The notes beneath the pieces are model-generated. The model saw only the letters and a list, made by a program, of their open reading frames with translations. It was not told where the DNA came from and made no database searches. A DNA stretch of 64,000 bases. Source: Minutocellus sp. GHC0000111. Lineage: Eukaryota. The position numbers were made by a program, and so were the translations under genes. The number at the start of each line of letters is the position of its first letter. The stretch's first letter is position 1. Below, piece after piece: positions 59,566-64,000 of the stretch. The stretch spans positions 1,984,001-2,048,000 of the forward strand of contig OZ361257.1 in assembly GCA_977018835.1 (NCBI GenBank), in the 5' to 3' direction.

Positions 59566-60681
59566 CTACTGAATGAGCAGGTCCAGTAGATATCCACGAG
59601 TTGAGGAGTATTTGCGTTCCTCCCGAAGAGAATATCGACTAACAAAACACGTGGTGGGAAATGAGAAATGGGTGCAAGAATGACCTTTTTTAGGGGTTAT
59701 TGGTATACCCTCTACAAATCCTCTGAAACCGAAAGGCAGTGTGTGCAGACACATGCAAATTCTACTCAGAAACGACTTGCTCTTCGCCCCCATTTTGTGC
59801 AACGGCATCACCATCACCAGCGTCTTCATTACACATGTAGCAGATCTATCAACGACGACGATGTTACATGTGCTCCCAACACTCGAATCGTCGTCACTGG
59901 ACTCATCGTCCGAAGAGAAATTGCCAATCCCCACGGACAGGGGATGGCATTCGGCAATGATGGAGGAAAGACTGACGCTCCTGGCGTCGACGCAAGACAT
60001 GGAGGCACGACGATCGGGAGCTTGTGGTGTAGACAAGGCAGTGCTGTTGGAGAAGGATTGTTCACTGCTCACGGTGGTGGCCGAGCACGGTGGTGGGATG
60101 GAGCAGCATGTCGAATGACGCCGGCGGAGGGAGGGCTGGCGGCCCAGACTTCTCATGCTTGCGCTACGGCCACCAGCATGGAGCTGCTCGCGGAGGTTGG
60201 TGGAGACGCCGGCATCGCCAGTCAGACTTCGAAGGCTGATGCTGCGCTGGCGATGATTTCTCATGATGTTGGCGCATGACGACAGCGCATCGTCCTGTTC
60301 CCGCTCGTTGTCGTGCTGTTCGAAGTGGCCGGCATCGACGCTGAATCGTCGTCCCACTTGGGGAGCGGTAAGCCTATTAGCGGTCGTACTTCCGGCACTC
60401 AGCAGCTCTCTCAACTTGAGCGATAGTTCTTCGTCGACCGTGTCGGTTGTCGTCGTCTTGCCGTTGGCGTCTTTGGTGTGCTTGGTGTGGTCTGTCTTGT
60501 TCGAGGCCACATCTTTCTTGACGAGGCCATTGCCATCACCGTTTGCACTTGGATTCGTTTGTGCTACGTCCTGCGGAATCATCATTTTGGCATCTTTCTC
60601 GACGGTGAGCTCGGTCATTTTGTCGATTACAATCTCACGGAGGGGGACTGATGATTCATGTGGCATGGCGGTGGAGTGCAT
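59566..60681 (-). CDS. Low-complexity protein with multiple RRxS motifs; 3' end uncertain
   Basis: 371-aa ORF with RRFS, RQPS, RRHS and RRAS; the tail may be read-through into the transposon flank. Confidence 0.5.
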   Translation of the reverse strand: MHSTAMPHESSVPLREIVIDKMTELTVEKDAKMMIPQDVAQTNPSANGDGNGLVKKDVASNKTDHTKHTKDANGKTTTTDTVDEELSLKLRELLSAGSTTANRLTAPQVGRRFSVDAGHFEQHDNEREQDDALSSCANIMRNHRQRSISLRSLTGDAGVSTNLREQLHAGGRSASMRSLGRQPSLRRRHSTCCSIPPPCSATTVSSEQSFSNSTALSTPQAPDRRASMSCVDARSVSLSSIIAECHPLSVGIGNFSSDDESSDDDSSVGSTCNIVVVDRSATCVMKTLVMVMPLHKMGAKSKSFLSRICMCLHTLPFGFRGFVEGIPITPKKGHSCTHFSFPTTCFVSRYSLREERKYSSTRGYLLDLLIQ

Positions 60682-61479
60682 CTTTCTACAGTTCAGTTAC
60701 ATGAGTGTCTACTCGAATGGACGTTGCTGATTTACCGGACAAGAGATGGTCATGAAATTCTGGGCAATGCAACATATTTGTGTGTGGGATTTTTCGGTTT
60801 GGGCAAAACGGGAGACGGAGCGTTGAGAGGGAAAGGATCGGCGTCCTCGAGACAACACTTTGTGCCACCTCCCACCGTACACATTTCTTTGAGCTTTCTT
60901 TTCGTCATCGCACATCAGAGAACTTGTCTTTTTCGTCACCACACACCGAGAAACCGTGTGTGATGTTGTTGAGACGCGTCATGCTCGGAAAGTGAGATAG
61001 CGCGCCGCACAGGTTTCGAGCGACGCGATCCGTACGACGGTCAGGCCGATTTTTCGTCGAAGGCGCGCCACCGCGCCACTTCACTGACTCACTCTCTTCA
61101 ATGAATGACCTGCCGCCCAACCCAAATGACCTGCCGGTGGAATCGAGACGAAAGACCGGCCACATCAGCCAAAGCATGCGGGATGCCGTCCGTATCCGGC
61201 ACCCAAAACATGCGGTACCGCACACAGAATGCTCTGGGATTCCACTTTTTCGGAAACCAGGCCCAGCACAGGCGGCGGCGCGGAACAGGCCCAGCACAGG
61301 CCTCAAATAAATACGCATGCGCATTCCATTGGCCACGCATTCATATCTTTTGGTTACCGCTCCTCCATTGTTCCTCGACCGAGCCTTCCAGATACTACCG
61401 TGCCCGTACCATCCTGGTCCGGTGAAAGTCTGAGTTGAAGTGCATTTATTCGGACACAAGTTGTGAAGTTTCGGCCATC

Positions 61480-64000
61480 ATGAGGTTCGAGGGCGGTTCC
61501 ATCGCTCGTCTGTTCCTCTTGTCGGCGGCACTTGGACTTATTGGGGTGCCGTCGTTCTGTTCGGCCACGGCGGCCACCAAGCCCATGGCCAGAGCTGCAG
61601 CAGTAGCAGATACAACCACCATCGCCAACAGCGTCTCGGTTTCTACTGACACCGATGCTACCGGAAGTCTGGACCTTACAGTCGCAAGACAGCTCGGCAG
61701 CACCGTATGTCCGACCTGCGTCAACCTCGCCCGGTCCTGCGGCATCGGCCGCGACGAGCCCTGCCCGACCTCCCAGACCAACGCCCTTACCTCGGGGGGC
61801 ATAACCTGGGATTCCAGCCGGGGCAACGACGGGGCCTCGACCACCGCCTTCCAGACTTCCGGGAACGGATATCGCGAGTGGACGGTCACCCTCGACCGAG
61901 CCAGCGTCATCGAGGACATCGTCGTGACGAACTACGACTCGTCTCCCTACATGGAACGGCTCGACGGCGCCAAGCTCGACGTGCTGGACGGGGACGGCAA
62001 CGTGGTGGCGAGCCGCACTCTCACCGGCGACGGTGGGGAACAAGCCTACGTCTTTGCCGAAATCGACCAGCCCGTCGGCAAGACCGTCCGCATCAGCAAT
62101 GAGGTGAGGGGGTACAAAAACCTGCACCTGTACGAGGTGGAGGTGTACGGGCCCGCCCCGCTGCCTACTAGGTCCAGCACCGTCAACCTCGCCCGGTCGT
62201 GCGGCGCCGACCTCACCGGAAGCTGCCCGACGTCCCAGACCAACACCGCCTCCCCCACCGACTTAGGCCGGACGTGGGAGTCCGGCCACGGCAACGACGG
62301 CATCAAGTCCCTCGAGTCCACCTTCAAAACCGACGGAGAGGGATATAGGGAGTGGACCGTCGCCTTCCAGCACGACTACAACCTCGTCGACGTCATCGTC
62401 TTGACCAACCTCGACAGTCCCTGGAGCGACAGTCTGGCCGACGCCAAGGTCGACGTCCTCGACGGTACAGGAACCATCGTGGCCACCCGGGTCCTCACCG
62501 GTGCGCCCGGCGAACAGACCTACGTGTTCGACGAGAAGCCCGTCGGCAAGTCCGTCCGCGTCCGCAAGACGGTCGTCGACAACAAACACCTGCACCTGAT
62601 GGAGGTGGAGGTGCACGGCTTTGCCATCTACGAGAAGCCCATTGCCGGGTACCAATCGCTGAGCACCGGCGGCTGCAGTGGCCGGAACGAGCTGGGCAGC
62701 ACGTTCGGCGGGTCGATGCAGGACTGCGCCGATGCGTGCGACGCCGATTCCACCTGCGTTTCCTTCGAGTACAGCAAGACCGGGACCGAGTGCATGAGGT
62801 CCACCACCTGCAGCAGCCTGGACATGACCCTCAACGACCCCAACGATCCCTTCTACTTCTATCTGAAATTGCCGCAGTTGGACGGGTACGGATCGGCTTC
62901 GAGCACCGGCGGCTGCAGTGGCCGGAACGAGCTGGGCAGTACCACTGGCGGGACGGTGCAGGACTGTGCCGATGCGTGCGACGCCGAACCCACCTGCGTC
63001 TCCTTCGAGTACACCAAGGAGGGCACGACCTGCCAGAGATCGACCACCTGCAACAGCCTCGACATGACCCTCAACAACGACCCTAACGATCTCTTTCTTT
63101 TCTACCTGAGGTTGGGACCGGATGGCAACCCCTACGTATACACCCCTCCTACTTCCGACGCCGACGGTACCACCGACGGTACCGCCTCTACTGGCGATGC
63201 CTCTTCTACGGGCTCCACCAATGACGGCACCGCTACCGCCGGCGATGATTCGTCTACGGGCTCAACCAACGACGGTGCCGTCTCCACCGGCGATGCTTCC
63301 ACTGGCGATGCTTCTACTGGCGATGCTTCAACTACTGGCTCCACCGGCGATGCTTCCACTGGCGATGCTTCAACCACCGCGGAAGCCGCCGAAGCCGTCA
63401 AGGCCTTTGCCGAGGCCACCGCTGACTACAAGGAGGCAGAGCACAACCTTGAAGCCATGACGACCATGTGTGCCGACCTGACCGAAACCCATGAACATCA
63501 TCTCGCCGAGTCGCAAAGATCCACCACAATGCATCAGCAGGCCGTCACCTACGAGGCCATGATGAAGGAGGCGTACGATTTGGCCATGACCAAGGATTCC
63601 ACTCCCGCAGAACGATTCCGCCTCCGCATTGAGGCCGAAGAGATGCACAAGGAGTCGGTCGAGGCCATGGAAGATGCCAAGGCCATCATGGATTCCGCCG
63701 TCGCCGCCGAGGTAGATGCCAAGTCCAAGATGGACATGTGCTGCCACGAAACCGATACCAACTGCCCCTCCGGCGGAGAGGACTGCGTTGGTATGGCCAC
63801 CATGAAGGAAGTCCAGGCCAAGCCTATCTACGAAGCCGCCAAGCGAGCAGTCGAGACCAACCCTCTGATTCCGCGAGATATCAACCCCGCGACCAAGGAC
63901 TTTGTCTACCAGGATGTCGACGGTGATCTGGTCCCCGACGCATTTGATGCCTGTCCGACCCTTGCCGGTCTTCGTCGTAACACCGCCAAGCGCACCAGTG
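61480..64000 (+). CDS. Secreted multidomain protein: 2 F-type-lectin/F5-8C-like domains, 2 PAN/apple-like domains, TGDAS repeats, TSP3-like motif; runs off window
   Basis: Manual translation from ATG 61480 (absent from the ORF track, presumably because no stop lies in the window): signal peptide, NLARSCG...GNDG...W.V...LHL.EVEV.G x2, GCSGRNE...DCADACDA...CVSFEY x2, DVDGDLVPDAFDACP. Confidence 0.8.
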   Translation, partial: MRFEGGSIARLFLLSAALGLIGVPSFCSATAATKPMARAAAVADTTTIANSVSVSTDTDATGSLDLTVARQLGSTVCPTCVNLARSCGIGRDEPCPTSQTNALTSGGITWDSSRGNDGASTTAFQTSGNGYREWTVTLDRASVIEDIVVTNYDSSPYMERLDGAKLDVLDGDGNVVASRTLTGDGGEQAYVFAEIDQPVGKTVRISNEVRGYKNLHLYEVEVYGPAPLPTRSSTVNLARSCGADLTGSCPTSQTNTASPTDLGRTWESGHGNDGIKSLESTFKTDGEGYREWTVAFQHDYNLVDVIVLTNLDSPWSDSLADAKVDVLDGTGTIVATRVLTGAPGEQTYVFDEKPVGKSVRVRKTVVDNKHLHLMEVEVHGFAIYEKPIAGYQSLSTGGCSGRNELGSTFGGSMQDCADACDADSTCVSFEYSKTGTECMRSTTCSSLDMTLNDPNDPFYFYLKLPQLDGYGSASSTGGCSGRNELGSTTGGTVQDCADACDAEPTCVSFEYTKEGTTCQRSTTCNSLDMTLNNDPNDLFLFYLRLGPDGNPYVYTPPTSDADGTTDGTASTGDASSTGSTNDGTATAGDDSSTGSTNDGAVSTGDASTGDASTGDASTTGSTGDASTGDASTTAEAAEAVKAFAEATADYKEAEHNLEAMTTMCADLTETHEHHLAESQRSTTMHQQAVTYEAMMKEAYDLAMTKDSTPAERFRLRIEAEEMHKESVEAMEDAKAIMDSAVAAEVDAKSKMDMCCHETDTNCPSGGEDCVGMATMKEVQAKPIYEAAKRAVETNPLIPRDINPATKDFVYQDVDGDLVPDAFDACPTLAGLRRNTAKRTS
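63160..63375 (+). repeat. Coding 15-bp minisatellite (ACTGGCGATGCTTCN; TGDAS)
   Basis: Direct reading of repeated units. Confidence 0.85.

Overview
Eukaryotic nuclear DNA, most consistent with a diatom (GT-AG introns, ASAFAP-type plastid presequences, a theta/LCIB carbonic anhydrase, HA-repeat and MYND genes). Bases 1-38,000 are gene-dense: NYN nuclease, succinyl-CoA ligase alpha, sulfotransferase, thioredoxin, bulb-type lectin, Ser/Thr kinase, HA-repeat protein, myosin, a repeat-rich membrane protein, two fused NXPE/PC-esterase-like paralogues and theta-CA. The dominant feature is a complete 13,375-bp Ty1/copia element (38597-51971, minus strand) with LTRs, a GGCGA target duplication, PBS and PPT. 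It is about twice normal copia size and carries roughly five KOW/SH3-like modules and an extra zinc finger between Gag and protease, plus a chromodomain between integrase and RT. It interrupts a MYND gene that also holds a small TA-flanked element with asymmetric ends; a relative of that element lies at 55.2 kb. The right end holds a frameshifted GRF zinc-finger gene, a DD39D mariner-type transposase and a secreted F-type-lectin/PAN protein that runs off the window. Many genes show single-base frame breaks, which may be consensus indel errors. All domain calls are by motif recognition only; no database searches were run.
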